64,000 nt of DNA from Octopus sinensis (GCF_006345805.1 NC_043000.1:66588001-66652000); one strand, 5' to 3'. Counted from the first letter of the stretch, positions 1 through 13,705 are shown. The notes: generated by a model from the sequence alone, not told the origin. Numbers and translations are program-made.

Positions 1-585
1 AATTTGTCTCCAGAATGTTAGTATAACATTTGCAGTATTTCGTTTTCAAAAATGAGCTGCTTAAAATATCCATTCACATTAGCTTTTTATGACCGAAATA
101 GTGTGCCAAAAGTCACTAATAACAATTACAAAAGGTTTTATTTTCATTCACCATGGAGAATGGATGTTAAATGATGATAATGATGCATTTGGAAGTGGGT
201 TTAATTGAGCATGTTGCAACTAAGACCAGTAATTGGAGATGAATTTAGTTATAGTAAAATTGATTTAAAATGTTAGCAATATAAAATGTAGATAGAGGTA
301 AATACATAAGGATATAGAATATGTCATGATATGCATTCCAACAAGAGTTGATAGGAATCTTTTAAGAGAATGGAGGAGACTCCCAGTGTCAAAAATAAAC
401 AAAAAGAGGGATGACTTTTAATGATATATATTTGTATTCTGTGGATTTGGAGAAAATACTTGTGGTTTTGTAATTAATTTTTGAAATAGAATCATGGGAT
501 ATTTTAACATATATTGGGAAAGTAAGAATTATCCCCCTTGTGTTAATTTTATACTTAGTAGTTGTTTTTGTTACTTTGTATTCAG

Positions 586-705
586 TATTTCGAGAAAGTG
601 GCTAAACATCGAGAATTGGAACAGCAGCTAGTAGATACGAAACTGAAGCAAGCAGCAATGCAGTTGGTTGAAGAAAGAGAAAAAAGTAAAAAAGAAAAGG
701 AATTG
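586..705 (+). CDS. TXLNA: Taxilin family coiled-coil protein, internal exon (gene starts upstream of window)
   Basis: ttcag|TAT...TTG|gtgagt; 120 nt, phase 0/0; YFEKVAKHRELEQQLVDTKLKQAAMQLVEEREKSKKEKEL resembles taxilin 'KVFKHKDLQQQLVDAKLQQ'. Alpha/beta/gamma paralog not resolvable. Confidence 0.9.
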
Positions 706-865
706 GTGAGTAAATTTCTTTTCAGATTCCTATTTATAGTTTCAGTGTAAAGATTATTTCTTTAGATTGAAATTAAAAATGTACTTTTTGATCTCCTAAA
801 GTTAGTCATATGTTCAAGTAATTAAGAACACACATCATTATACTATGTAGATTGTGGCCTTGCTG

Positions 866-1200
866 GGCGCCATCATGAAGGGTTTAATCAAACAAATCGA
901 CCTCAGTACATTTTTGTTATGCCTGATACTTATACGATCGATCTCTTTTCACCAAATTGCTAAATTATGGGGATGCAAACCGACCAACACCAATTATCAG
1001 GCAGTGGTAAAGAACAAACACATGCACATACACACACATATGACAAGCTTCTTTCAGTTTCCCTCTACCAAATCTACTCATAAGGCTTTGGTCAGTCTGG
1101 GCCTAATAGCAGAAGAGACTTGCCTGAAGTGCCATGCAGTGGGAGACTGAACCTGAAACCATGTGGCTGGGAAGCAAACTTTTTACCACACAACCATGAT
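866..1200 (-). mobile_element. tRNA-derived SINE family 2, degenerate
   Basis: Reverse complement matches the copy at 50632-51014 (tRNA-like head, 'tcagtttcc..ctaccaaatc..ctca..aaggctttggtc' body, CA tract). Confidence 0.75.
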
Positions 1201-1207
1201 TGCACTT

Positions 1208-1440
1208 CATCATCATCATCATCATTTAGTGTCCTTTGTCTATGCTGGCATGGGTTAGATGGTTTGACCAGGACTGGTAAGCTAAGGGGCTGCACCAAAC
1301 TCCGGTCTCATTTGGCATGGTTTCTATGGCTGGAAGCCCTTCTTAATGCCAACCACTCTGAGAATGTAATGAATGCCTTTACATGTCACTGGCATGGGTG
1401 CCAGTTGTGTGACACCAGTATCTGCCATGACTATGATTTC
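1208..1440 (-). mobile_element. RTE LINE 3' end fragment
   Basis: (CAT)n tail plus sequence similar to 9277-9460. Confidence 0.7.
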
Positions 1441-1699
1441 AAAAAATAAAAATCATAAATCTACTTAATCAAGGGTCACCTGGGCCTAAACAACAATAAA
1501 CAATCCAAATATTAAGGATCTCTTTACACACCACAACCATAATTACATGCTGATAAACATAGTTGCACTAATTCTGTGGGTTTGAGTCACCCAACTCCAT
1601 TAACTGCTCACCTATCCATCCAAATACATCCACACTGATGCTGCATACATTTATTCTCCCATACAAACATCCCCCCACCTCTCTCTCTTCTCTTGGTAG

Positions 1700-1900
1700 T
1701 GGTGGTTGTTGTGTTAGTTTGAAGTCACCCCTATCGAAGATGATCCATGATCAAAGACATTCCAGCTATGACAGTCAGGTCCTCATTCAGATGCAATGCA
1801 TCTTGGACTACATTAAAGAAGATGGTAAGGTGTGATCTGAATGAGATTTGGATGCTATTTCTACAGGTTTAAGCAGCTGTGTAGCAGGCCCTTAGTTGAG
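1700..1900 (+). repeat. Old dispersed repeat (SINE-like) family; other copies ~2680-2820, 8240-8450(-), 13140-13330, 18810-19010, 19920-20095, 50350-50525(-)
   Basis: Shared motifs 'tatgaccatc' and 'gatttggctgctatttctagcaggt' in degenerate form. Confidence 0.5.
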
Positions 1901-2047
1901 TTACTCTATTTTCGGTCAATGCCAATGCTATATGTCTTCATTGATTATTTTGTCTCCATGAACATCCTCATATTTTAGTATTTGATTAGAAAGTATCTGA
2001 TGACCTTCACCATATTGGTTTGTATTATACTCTTATTCTTTAAATAG

Positions 2048-2101
2048 ATGGCACTGAAAACAGTAGAAAGTGAATCAAAAATGGTAATGCTTGAAACACA
2101 G
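2048..2101 (+). CDS. TXLNA: Taxilin internal exon
   Basis: aatag|ATG...CAG|gttagt; 54 nt, MALKTVESESKMVMLETQ; keeps frame between flanking exons. Confidence 0.8.
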
Positions 2102-3039
2102 GTTAGTATAAACGCTCATATTTTCCTTATTGGTTGCCAAACCAGAATTTTCATTTATTAGTTACAGTTTTAATATCTGTCTTTGGTAATTGTTTATAAG
2201 ATTTAAGGTATTTTGTATATTCTCTCTATGTTTTGGTATTAAAATTAAGAAGGATTAAGATAACATACTATGCTAAATTTTTCAAGGGCAAGAGATCATT
2301 AGTATGTGGTGTATGAAAACAGATCTCTTGTAGATCTTGTTACACAGAAACTGTATTAAAGGTTGTTGATAAGGAAACTCCATGTGATAAAGGTAGTGGT
2401 TATTTAGTTATATTAACCAACTTTTAGAGGCGTCATTATTTAGCCATGATTAAGTAGATCTAAATCTAATCTTTGGAATATATGTTCCCTTCACATTCAT
2501 GGCAATGTTATAACCTTGAACATGACTAACTGGCTTCTTTTTGTTAAAAACTGCATCTCTTAGATAATATGAATAATAAAGAATATACTGTTCAACAGTA
2601 TGCAAAAATAAGCTTTAAACTAGCAAAAATATGTTATTGATGTTAATACCATCACACTTATAAAGTTATATGTAAGTTGTTGCAGTTTTTGTTTAACCCT
2701 AGGTCATTGCTGACTGAATAGACCTTTGATTAAATGGATTCCAACTATGACCATCCTATCATTTTATGAATATCTAAAACTACATTATATAATGTGACCT
2801 TCCTTTTTAAGATGGGTCGTTTTTATAAAGATAGATTACAGATTAAAGGTAAAAGATTTATTACATTGAGTGCAAAGAAGACACATTGGAAGTGGATGTT
2901 AAATGCAAAAATGAACAGTTAAATGTACATTGGATCTAGGAAGATTATTTTGACAAGAAATATAGTAAGATTATTATACTTGATAATCAGACTTACAAAT
3001 TAAGATATTTTTTAATATTAAGAATGATTTCTTCTGCAG

Positions 3040-3132
3040 GTAAAGACATACAAAGACCGTTACAGTGAATTCCAGTCAACTATTACAAAAAGTAATGATA
3101 TGTTTAGTAAATTAAAAGGTGAAATGGATAAG
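3040..3132 (+). CDS. TXLNA: Taxilin internal exon
   Basis: ctgcag|GTA...AAG|gtatgg; 93 nt, VKTYKDRYSEFQSTITKSNDMFSKLKGEMDK (taxilin 'KFEEFQNTLSKSxEVFxxFKQEMEK'). Confidence 0.9.
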
Positions 3133-3588
3133 GTATGGTTAATTTTTAATTGTGGTCTTTTTTTGTTTATGATTATGATGATGATTAGAGTATTCATATA
3201 TGTAATTCATTACATTGTTAATGGTATATTACATATTAATCATGAATATTTACATTCATTAGTATTATCAGCAAAATGTTTATTTTGATTTTGCATGTTT
3301 CCACTATGTTAATTGCATGAGGTTAAAATTCTGAAGGTTTTATTTCTGCTATTGTGAACTTTAGTTTGAAAAGTAAGTTATGGTACACACATTCTGAAAT
3401 GAAGATGGACAAAGGAGGACAAATGAAGTAGTTAATTTCATTGTCTGGAAAAGATAGAACTAGTAACTTAATTCAATATTTTTTTTTGATAAATTTTCAT
3501 TGATAAAAAATAAGTAATCTTTAAATTTCTAAATACAACAAATAGAAACAAAAAAAAAATTAAATCTCAGTATTATGCAAATTTTTTT

Positions 3589-3803
3589 AAAGCAACTAGC
3601 TGGCAGAATCATTAGTACACCAGGCAAAATGCTTAATGGTGTTTTGTCCATCTTTACATTCTGAGTTCAAATTTTGCCTAGGTCAACTTTACCTTTTATC
3701 CTTCCAGGGTCAATAAAATAAGTGCCAGTCGAACATTGAGGTTGATGTAACTGACTTAGCCCCTCCCCTGAAATTGCTGGTCTTGTGCCAAAATTTGAAA
3801 CCA
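3589..3803 (+). mobile_element. tRNA-derived SINE family 1, tail type A
   Basis: Head 'agctggcagaatcattag', B-box-like 'gagttcaaatt', tail 'gctggtcttgtgccaaaatttgaaacc'. Confidence 0.8.
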
Positions 3804-6053
3804 GTGTTATGCTATTTTGACTCATACCATTATATTTTAAATTCTAAAGTTATTGTTTCACTTGTAGCAATTTATTTCCTTTGTATTCCTTCTTGACAGT
3901 TGTTTTGTCTTCTGTTGTGGCTGGCACACTTCTCATGTTATTTTTTATTATCTTAAAATTAATTCTGTTATCTTAATGTGTCACTAAATCTATCCTCATG
4001 TTGTGAAAGTGCAGAAATTTTCACACTGTTTTTTGCTGTTTCTTTAAGCCCTAACATTTATTTTTTCCCATGTAATCCCATATGCCTGAACAAAAGAATG
4101 AACTTTCTATCCTCTTCTTCTAATTTTTAAGGCATTTTTCTGTGGATAAATAATTTTATCAACATTTCTGTAGGAGTTTCATCAGTAAGCAATTGACCTA
4201 TCCTGTTCATATGCTTGTTTTCTAGAGAATATGATAATTTTTTTTTATACACAATCTGAAACTTTTTTAAAATTGCAGCAAATAACAGTTAAACAGTGAA
4301 TGAAGTAAAAAAAAAATAATAAAAAAATAAAGATTCCCATTAAATGGAATCAATCTTTGACAAAAACTTAACCAATTTTTCTTAAGTTTCGAAGAAATGT
4401 ATTTTTAGCTATGTGGTACAGTTTAAATCAATCAGTACATAAGTTTACTTGGCTAATGCTACAACCAGTAATTGGCTCACATCATTTAACCTGTTTTGAA
4501 CCATATTTTGTAGGTTCTGTTCCATGTTTCTTGGTCAGTGTTGTATTTTCATCACTGGGAATACAACTTACACATTTTTTTTTGGTCTGGATGTATAATT
4601 TCAGAGAAACTAATAAGCCAGCTTCATCCAGAAGTTTAGTTGACTTTATTCTTGTTGTCTGTTTTCCTTTACTGAAGTCAAATGTTCCTTGTTCTCACAC
4701 ATCATCATATATACATTAACAGTACATCCATTTAATTAACTACAATACATTAAATTAAAAAGTGGAATGATTACACCCACTATCTCATGGATTTTCTATT
4801 TTTACAATAACTTGGTCTCTGTTGACCAGCAGATTTACCAGATGTATGTATTTATTGAAAGTTTTATGGAAGTGGGATAAATCTTTTTCAAGTTGCTGAT
4901 TTTCTGTTGTCTGTTGACAGGCTGCTTGTTCTTATTAGTATTTTTAGATAAGAGCGTTGAGTTCTACTTATCTCTTCAAATTGTGATAATATTATTACCT
5001 TTTTGATTGTGTTTATCATCACTTTGTTTTTCTAATTTCATTTTATCGATATTTCTTGACATTTTCTGTGGATAAATCTGTTGATGAGAAAAATCTGTCA
5101 CAAAAAACCTGATGACCTAAATAAAATATAGGTTCTAATAAATCAATCATGAATCAGCCTTATGAGGCATTTTTGTCATTTTAACATAGTAATTTAAGTA
5201 GCCATTGTGTAGATCAGCAATACCTCTTTCTTGGTCTTAATGGAATATATTATATGTAAATGATAATTGGTCCTTATAAGCAATCATAGATTCAAAAGTG
5301 TATTGCAATATATCCATGTAAAAAAGAAAACACTTGTGTGTGAGTTAATCATGTCTAGGATTGTTCTTCTTGGGTTTTGCTGTTATAATGATGAAAATAT
5401 ATCCTTAAATGTTCCTGAGAAAACATTTATTGTCCCAAATCAATCATATGCTGGATGTATTTCCATCACAATTACACATCACAGAAAGGCTTTCATTTCT
5501 TCAGTTGTATTATACCATTTTCCCTACATCCTATATTTATCTCTATTAGATTTTGCATAAATATGGAAGGTATATTTAAAATTATTTTTTGTCAAGATAA
5601 TTTTATTAAAATTTCTTGCTTTTTAATTTGATTTTCATTACTACTAATGCCAAAAATACTGTGTTAATCTTTACTAAAACTGAAGCTTTTTTTCTCAGTA
5701 TTTTCAGTATACTGGAAAGAGAAACTATACTGAGAAACTAGTTGGTCTCAGTCATGTAGTGTATTTCATTTTAGAAATAAATGTGCAGGAAAAAGAAGAC
5801 TCAAATTAACTATTATAACTAAAATTGTGTTCTAAAAGTTACTATTAATTGTAAAAGGTTTAAGTCAATATAAGAAATTTTTATAGCAACTAAATATATA
5901 CAAGGAAGGGTAGAATTGAGATATATTGGGATTGGCTGTCGATGTACAAGTCATTTTGTTATTAAAACAATGACATTTTAGTTGTTAGGAGATATTTTGT
6001 GATTAGTTGAGTTGAGTTAATCTGTTTTCATTCCATCTATATTATTTACTTAA

Positions 6054-6260
6054 CCCTTTCATTACCAACCCGGCCAAATGTAGTACAAATGTCTTGTTTT
6101 CTTAAGTTTTGAATTAAAATCTTCCACCAAACCTTAGTCACAGTTCATGTTCCTAACACTAGCTTAATGGTAACCGAGTTATTTTACTAAATTCTTTATT
6201 ATATTTAAAATAATTGAAAGAAACACAGAGCATCTCAAAATAAATATGGTAATGAAAGGG
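6054..6260. mobile_element. piggyBac-type MITE
   Basis: 14-bp perfect TIR CCCTTTCATTACCA / TGGTAATGAAAGGG, flanks TTAA / TTAT; degenerate relatives ~17470-17652 and ~19620-19802. Confidence 0.8.
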
Positions 6261-6541
6261 TTATTTTTCCATTGTTGTTGATTTCCTATAGCATGAATTT
6301 ACACTTGTGACATTACCATTATTACCTATTATTCATTATTCTGCAGCATGTTTCTGCTGATTTCAATTTCAAAATTTGATTTTGTTTTTGATTTTCCTGT
6401 TTTCTTATATTTTGTGGTTTTTCTCAGTTATGTATAATAATATTTTGTATATTTCATATTAAAACTAACCATTTTATGAATTTTAATACTTATTTGTTAA
6501 ATATTCAAGTGTCTGTTTCACCTTTCAATTGTTTATTTCAG

Positions 6542-6637
6542 ATGAGTGGAAAAATTAGAAAACTTGAGAAAGATAGCGCTGCATGGAAAAATAAATGGGA
6601 AAATTGTAATAAAGCCTTGATAGGAATGATTGATCAA
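6542..6637 (+). CDS. TXLNA: Taxilin internal exon
   Basis: tttcag|ATG...CAA|gtaaga; 96 nt, MSGKIRKLEKDSAAWKNKWENCNKALIGMIDQ (taxilin 'MTKKIKKLEKE...W...NKALLEM'). Confidence 0.92.
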
Positions 6638-7896
6638 GTAAGATATTTTTCAATAAAATTGCTGTATGGAGCTTAAACAATTAAATGCTTAAAAGGTATA
6701 AAAGTGTTCTATGAAATAGTTTAACAATGGCTAAGTCTATTTTAACCCTTTAGCATTCAAATTAATCTATTAAACATGATGTTTGTTTATTCACATTGTT
6801 TCGAGTTAATCGTACATTATCTCATAGCTTCAAGATTTCAACGATGTGATTGTTTATTTTCAGAATGGCATTGTAGGCTAGGTGTGAGAGGTTGAATCTG
6901 GTTAGTTTTTACATAGTTCTTACATAAAAGGTCTTATCAATATTTAGTAGTCCAAATTTTTAATTGCTGTGGGTACTAGTATGACCATATTGTTAAAGTT
7001 TCCTTTGAGACTATATGGTTTGGTGTTCAGTCTCACTAGGCGGCCTCTTCCACATCTTCTACTGTAGCTGCTGAGTGATCAAAGCTGTAAGAGTGAAGTT
7101 TGGTAGGCAGAAATTGTATGGAAGCCCATTGGAATGACCATTTCTGTTTTGGGAGGTACCTTTAACCCATTACACAGTTTAACTCTACTGGAACCCATTG
7201 TGTTGAAGGATTCAGACTAGGTCTCCAGCCTTACAATAAATTCTCTTCCTCCCACTAGTCTTAAAGACTTTGGAAAAGGTTCCTGTTACATTTTAAATGC
7301 AGTGGATGAGCTTGGTTATTTCTAATATGTAACTCAATTCCATCCTTAGTTTCAGAGAAGCACATCTGCATATCATTCTCAGTTGATAGTCTTGTATGAA
7401 ATTTGTTTTCAGTAATAAACATTGCTGAAAATCCTTGAACATGATAAGTAGATGCGTGTAGAAAAAGGTTCTCCACAGCGTACAAGTTGCATTTAGTTGG
7501 TTGTGATTACTTGAACATTCCACTGTTTTTACAAAGCTTGCATACCTTTGCAATTTTTCATGTGTACTCCTAAGGGGGTACTTGTACTCTGATTTAAGAA
7601 CCCCTGCTCTATGGACTTCTTTAAATTTATGATCTTTACTAAATGATTTTTGGCAAATGCAGGCTATCACTTAGTCTTTAGTTTTTATTTGCTTTAAACT
7701 GCTTGAAATATGTTTAACAGACGATCATATTTGTATCAGGGTTAATATATATGTCTTGAACATGTTTACGAGATTAACAAAACTTAATAAACAGTACAAT
7801 TTCTTCATTTTATTTCATATTTTATTCATTTTATTTCATATTTTATTCATTTTACTTTTTATTTTATTCATTTTACTTTGTGTTTATTTTTTATAG

Positions 7897-8023
7897 AAAA
7901 CTTCAAGTGATAAAGAACGTATATTATTGCTTACAAAAATTCAAAAATTAGAATCCTTATGCAGAGCGCAGCAAGAACGTCTGAGAGCACAGAAAAGTCC
8001 TCCTCCCTCAACTGAAGCAACTT
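7897..8023 (+). CDS. TXLNA: Taxilin internal exon, end of coiled coil
   Basis: ttatag|AAA...ACT T|gtaagt; 127 nt, ends phase 1; KTSSDKERILLLTKIQKLESLCRAQQER matches 'KIQRLEKLCRALQ'. Confidence 0.92.
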
Positions 8024-9150
8024 GTAAGTGAGCAATTAAAAAAAAAAGTTTTAGAATGTGTAACTTTTAGGATGTGCAGCAGCTGCTATTCTCAAAATAG
8101 TCATGTGAGCTGTGGTATCTGAGTGAGGTTAAATTTGAGGATGTCAGACCTCAGTGGCAGAGCTGGCAAGGAGAGATAAATGTTTATATAAGTGATTGGT
8201 GATATCACTGCTATCTCCATTGATGCTGATCCTTCAAGGTTTACAAGCCAATTGTCCAGTCAGTCAGTTAATCTGCCAGAAATAGCAAACAAATCTCCCT
8301 CATATTATATCCCTCCATTGTAAAAATAAAGTTGGACACATTGGATAATGTAGTTTTTGATATACAAAAAAAATGGGATGGTCATAATTGAAAACACTTT
8401 GATCAAAGATTTGCCTGACTAAAGGCTGAACCAGAGCTAAATGACAATTAAATGATCTAAGTGAAAACGTAGTAATGCACTCTTGTTTGCCATTATATTT
8501 TATACATTTTTATTGTGCTGGACTAAGCATTCTTATAAAGGTGTAGACGTTACTCAACTTGTTTTGATAATCTCCAGCACTCCTCTTTAATTCTTACATG
8601 CTGGGATCTTTGTTAACAAACCTACTTGAGGGTGTCTTTCTGGTCACTAACTTGATCTATTAGAAATAAGTCAAATCTTCCCCAGATCACTCCCAAAAAG
8701 AAATACAATTAGAAAATGTAGTAAAAAAAAAACTGCTTGATTCAATTTTTTTTTCCATTTCTTTTTCTTCAGCTCTGGTGTTCAGAAAGAAAAAAACGCA
8801 CTCAACACCAGAGCTGAAGACACCTCTGAAAGCAGGACACTGCAACATCGAAAATGGTAGAGGAGTAGTGGCCGAAACTGGCCGTGGTTCCTCCCGATGA
8901 TGTCTTTAGCTACTTGATCCTATAAAGGAGCTCTTGTGATAATGAACCATGAAACGTGGTTGGAATTCCTGGTTGAAAGGTCTTGATATAACTAACAGCC
9001 ACCTTTCCATCAGACACTTACGACATTTCTCACTTTAGCTATTCTATTTAGTAAATGAAAGGGTTTTCTCTGTTGCTTTTAAATGTTGTTTGAAGTGTGA
9101 TTTTATTCAAATATTTTAGAAATAATTTTCACTCATGCTTTTTTTTCCAG

Positions 9151-9198
9151 GTCAGAAGTGTAAAAATGAATCCATCCCAACTTCACAAAATGTAGATA
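9151..9198 (+). CDS. TXLNA: Taxilin small symmetric exon (phase 1/1)
   Basis: ttttttttccag|GT CAG...GAT A|gtaagt; 48 nt open frame, (C)QKCKNESIPTSQNVD; strong splice sites, no homology support. Confidence 0.7.
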
Positions 9199-9276
9199 GT
9201 AAGTATATTATCCTGTTAAAACTTAATTCTTTAATCCTGTAGCAATTACTCCTTCAAATATAATAGTTCTTTTTTT

Positions 9277-12035
9277 ATCATCATCATCATCGTTGTTTAA
9301 TGTCTGCTTTCCATGCTGACATGGGTTGGACGGTTTGAGGGCTGGTGAGCCAGAAGGCTGCACCAGGCTCCTATCCAATCTGGCAATGTTTCTACAGCTG
9401 GATGCCCTTCCTAATGCCAAACATTCCAAAAGTGTAGTGGGTGCTTTTTACGTGCCACCAGCATGAGGGCCAGTCAAATGCTACTAGCATTGACCACACT
9501 TGGATGGTGCTTTTATGTGCCACAGGCATAGGAGCCAGTCAGGCAGCACTGAGAACGACCATGCTTGAATGGTGCCTTTTACATGCCACTGGCACTGGAG
9601 CCAGTCAGGCAGCACTGGCAATGATCACACTCGCATGATGCTCTTTACGTGCCACCAGCACAGGACCAGTCAGGTGGCATTGGCATTGACCACGCTCAAA
9701 TGGTGCTTTTTATGTGCCACTGGCATGTTTGCCAATCAGGTGGTACTGTCATCGGCCACGACAACGACTTCACTTGCCTCAACAGGTCTTCGCAAGTACA
9801 GTTTATTGCCCAATGATTGAACGGTACTCTTAAATGGGCTGGTTATGCTGCACTGGCATAGGCCACGGTTATGGTCTCACTTGACTTGCTGGGTCTTCTC
9901 AAGCACAGCATATCTCCAAAGGTCTTGGTCACTTGTCATCGCCTCGGTGATGCCCAACATTTGAAGGTTGTGCTTCAACACCTCATCCCAGGCCTGCCTG
10001 AGTTACTTCTTCCACAGGATCACTCTACTGCTAGGGTGTGACACTTTTACACATAGCCGTCCTCATCCATACGCAACACCTAACTGTACCAGTGCAGTCA
10101 TCTCTCTTGCACACCACATCTGATGCTTCTTATGTCCAACTTTTCTCTCAGGGTGCTTACACTCTGTTGTGTATGCACACTGACGTTACACATCCAGTGG
10201 ATCATACTAGCTTCATTCCTTTCAAAGTTATGCATGTCCTCAGCAGTCATGGCCCATGTTTCACTGCCATGTAGCATGGCTGTTCGCACACATGCCTCAT
10301 ACAGTCTGCCTTTTACTCTGAGTGAGAGGCCCTTTGTCACTAGCAGACGTAGGAGCTCTCTGAACTTTGCCCAAGCTATTCTTATTCTAGCAGCTACACT
10401 CTCAGAGCAGCCACCCCCGCTACTGATTTGGTCACCTAGGTAGCGGAAGCTATCAACTACTTGTAGTTTTCCGCCTGGAATATGACTGAAGCCGTTTTCT
10501 GCCCATTTTCAGTGATTAATACCCCTGAGCATTTGCCACGCACAAAAACTATCTTCTCATAGCTTACACCGGGTACATTTTATGGAGTTTCTACCTATGC
10601 CTTTTTTTACAGATTGAGCAGGGCTATCTACCTGAAGGGATTTGTGGTTTGTCTGCCTTCCTACTTATTAAGACTTTGGTTTTTGCTAGATTGATTCTAA
10701 GGCCCTTCACTTCTAGACCTTGCTTCCACACCTGAAACTTCTCCTCTAGTTCTGATAGTGACTCAGCTATTTTGAGCAAGGTCATCAGCATAGAGAAGCT
10801 CCCAGGGCCATACTGTCTTGAATTCTTCTATTATTGCCTGGAAGACTATGATGAATAAGAGGGGGCTGAGGACTGCTCCTTGGTGGACCCCTACTCCTAC
10901 CCGAAATTCTTCACTGTACTTGTTGCCAACTCTCACCTTACTGACAGCATCCCTGTACATGGCTTGTACAGCTCCCACTAACCACTCATCTATCTCTAAT
11001 TTCCACATTGACCACCAGATAAGGGATCAAGGGACCCTGTCAAAGCCTTTCTTCATGTCAACAAAAGCCAGATACAGAGGTTTATCTTTGGCTAGGTATT
11101 TCTCCTGCAGCTGTCTTACCAGAAATATAGCATCAGTGGTACTTTTTCCTGGCACAAACCCAGACTGCATCTTGTCTAGACTGACTCTCTCCCTAATTAG
11201 TTGGGAGACCCTCTCCCAACTATGACCCTCTCCGTGACTTTCATTACCTGATCCAACAACTTGATACCTCTGTAATAATTCATATCTAATGCATCACCCT
11301 TACCTTTGTAGCAGTTGACTATAGTGCTGTTACACCAGACATTGGGTATGACTCCTTCATGTATCACCTGATTGACTATACGGGTTACTAGACTATAGCC
11401 GATACCACCAGATATTTTAAGCATCTCTGTGGTGATTCCTGACGGGCTGGGGGCTTTCCCTATCTTCGTACCCTTAATTGCTTTATCTACCAAGGTACTG
11501 TCAATTCGGATAGCTGGTCACTCTGTTGGGTCAACATTTGGCAGACTCTCTTTCTCCCATTCATTCCCTTCATTTAGCAATCTTTCATAGTGGTGTCTCC
11601 AGGTCTCTCTCCTTGCAGCCTCATCAAATGCAAGTGAACCATCATCCATGCAGACACATTTCTCTCCTATGACATCATGATTCTCTCTCACACACTGTCT
11701 TGCAACATGAAGCACTTCAAGTCTTTGGTCCTCATGATGCAGAGCATTAGCAAATTTTTTCTTATCTGCTTCCCCTCTGGCTAAGTAAACCTGTCTCCTA
11801 GCTTTCCTTCTGGCAATCAGATACAATCCCCTGCTACCACCGTTTTTCCAGTCTTCCATGCCTGTTTCTTTACCTTCATGGCCCTGTTAACTACATTGTT
11901 CCACCACCATGTTATCTTGGGTCGAGAGGGGACTTTGCACCATTTACAGATCTGTAGAAACCTCCAGTTGTCTTCCACATCATGTGATGCTATATCCCTC
12001 TCTATTTTGTCAAAAGCTTCGAGTAATACGTTTTA
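9277..12035 (-). mobile_element. RTE-clade LINE, 5'-truncated and decayed
   Basis: Broken RT frames: GKAPSPSGIT, NYYRGIKLL, VGVHQGAVLSPLLF, LLYADDL, LYEACVRTAMLHGSETW; ~60-bp tandem units in 3'UTR (9430-9730); (GAT)n tail. Confidence 0.9.
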
Positions 12036-12081
12036 AATTAATTGTGCCTTATCTTGTGCCTTCAAGATTTTGATGATGATA

Positions 12082-12230
12082 TCATCATCATCATTGTTTA
12101 ATGTCCATTTTTCATGCTGGTATGGGTTGGATAGTTTGATAGCTGGATGTCCTTCCTAATACCAACCACTTATACTGGGTGCTTTTTTATATGGCACCAG
12201 CACCAATGAAGTTGCCAAGTGTTTGCAAGA
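12082..12230 (-). mobile_element. RTE LINE 3' end fragment
   Basis: (CAT)n plus 'catgctggtatgggttgg...gctggatgtccttcctaat' like 9277-9440. Confidence 0.65.
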
Positions 12231-12399
12231 TAAGACCTCTCAACTGAGCAGGGTATAGACTGCAGGAACAAGAACTATGATAGATGGAGGAGAACATATC
12301 AGTCTAAAAGTCATTCAAATTAGATTAAATCTTCTTTACTAGTTTCTTCAACTTTTGGACATAGAATTATTTTGATTAAAGGTTTAGAACTAGTCATAT

Positions 12400-13059
12400 C
12401 AAGAAACAACTACTGCACCACTTAACCTCTAAACATGAGTGGCATGCAGCCAGAGCCCTCACAGTTACTCCAAATGCTGGGTCTCACTATCACCAAAAAT
12501 CCCACCTGGTGAAAGTATATCCTTAGCATTATTAGGACTGCAGTTCAAAAGACTAGCCCTTCTCTTTAGGACCAGAAGATATTTCAACCCTCAATAGCTG
12601 CTGACACTCTACAAACTCCCATAATGCAGTGTTGCTTCCACCTCTGAGATGGTGTTGCATCTTGGATTGCATCCAGAATAGGGTCACTCAGCTAATTGGT
12701 ATTCAGTCACTAATAGACACACTCCAGTCTGTGGATAACTGATGTGCTGTGTATCACTATTATAATGGTTTCTACTCATTGGAGCTGGTTTATACCTCTG
12801 CTACTCGAGTACCCATGACCAACTCACCTCAACACTCTTGGTGCATTCAACTCTCCCTTCGTCTGCTCTAACCAGTATACCCAATCCTTCATCTCTAAAG
12901 CGTCTTCCTGCTGGAATCTCCTCCTCACATGTCTTTCTTGCAGGTTTTGATTTGTTTAAACAATATTAATGGCATCAATCTCATGGAACTGGAGTTCCCT
13001 GCTAGGGTTTTAGGTTATGCCTCTTCCTTTAGATTCTGGAGAAAAAAAAAGAAAAAAAA
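12400..13059 (+). mobile_element. Decayed CR1/L2-group LINE 3' fragment
   Basis: Residual LGLTITKNPTW..YI and LLTLYK motifs of the post-RT region; A-rich tail at 13042-13059. Confidence 0.55.
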
Positions 13060-13394
13060 CCTTTGTACAAATTGACAATAAAGTTACATCAAGCATCTGC
13101 AAAGTAATCATTATGGGATGCAATGTGTTTTTAAATTGTTGAAGTTTTGTTGCTGTTTTAAACAACAAAATTAGTCCTGATTGAGTACACTAATAGATGT
13201 TTGACTTGTGTCTGTCTTGTAATTTCATATGTACAGGACTACAATGGGTCTGTCTTTTCTTTTAAGATGATTGCAGGTGTTATTTGAGGGAAATTTGGTT
13301 GTGAATTTTAGCTGGTCATGTGGCTACGCATGTTGACTTGAGAAAGTTTTATTAATCAACATTACATGTTTTATATATGAAGTAAAAGAAATGT

Positions 13395-13705
13395 GGCCAT
13401 TCTGTGGCATCACTTTGAAGGGATTTAGTCAAATCGACCCCAGTACTTATTTCTTAAGTCTAGTACTTATTCTATCAGGCTCTTTTTACCAAACTGTTAA
13501 GTTACAAGGATGTAAACAAACCAGTACCAGTTGTCAAGCAGGCTGAGAGGAGCTAACACACATGTACACATGCATGCACGCACAAACACACACACACACA
13601 CACAAAGTAGGCGTTTTTCAGTTTCTGTTTATTAAATCCACTCACAGGGTTTTGGCTGGCTCAGGGCTTTGTTGAAGATACTTACCCAAGGTGTCACACG
13701 GTGAG
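13395..13705 (-). mobile_element. SINE family 2, head-truncated
   Basis: Matches reverse complement of 50700-50975. Confidence 0.7.

Noticed and set aside
8814-8965. Hammerhead-like words CTGAAGA/CCGATGA...GAAAC
   Set aside because: Could not build stems I-III around a valid cleavage triplet
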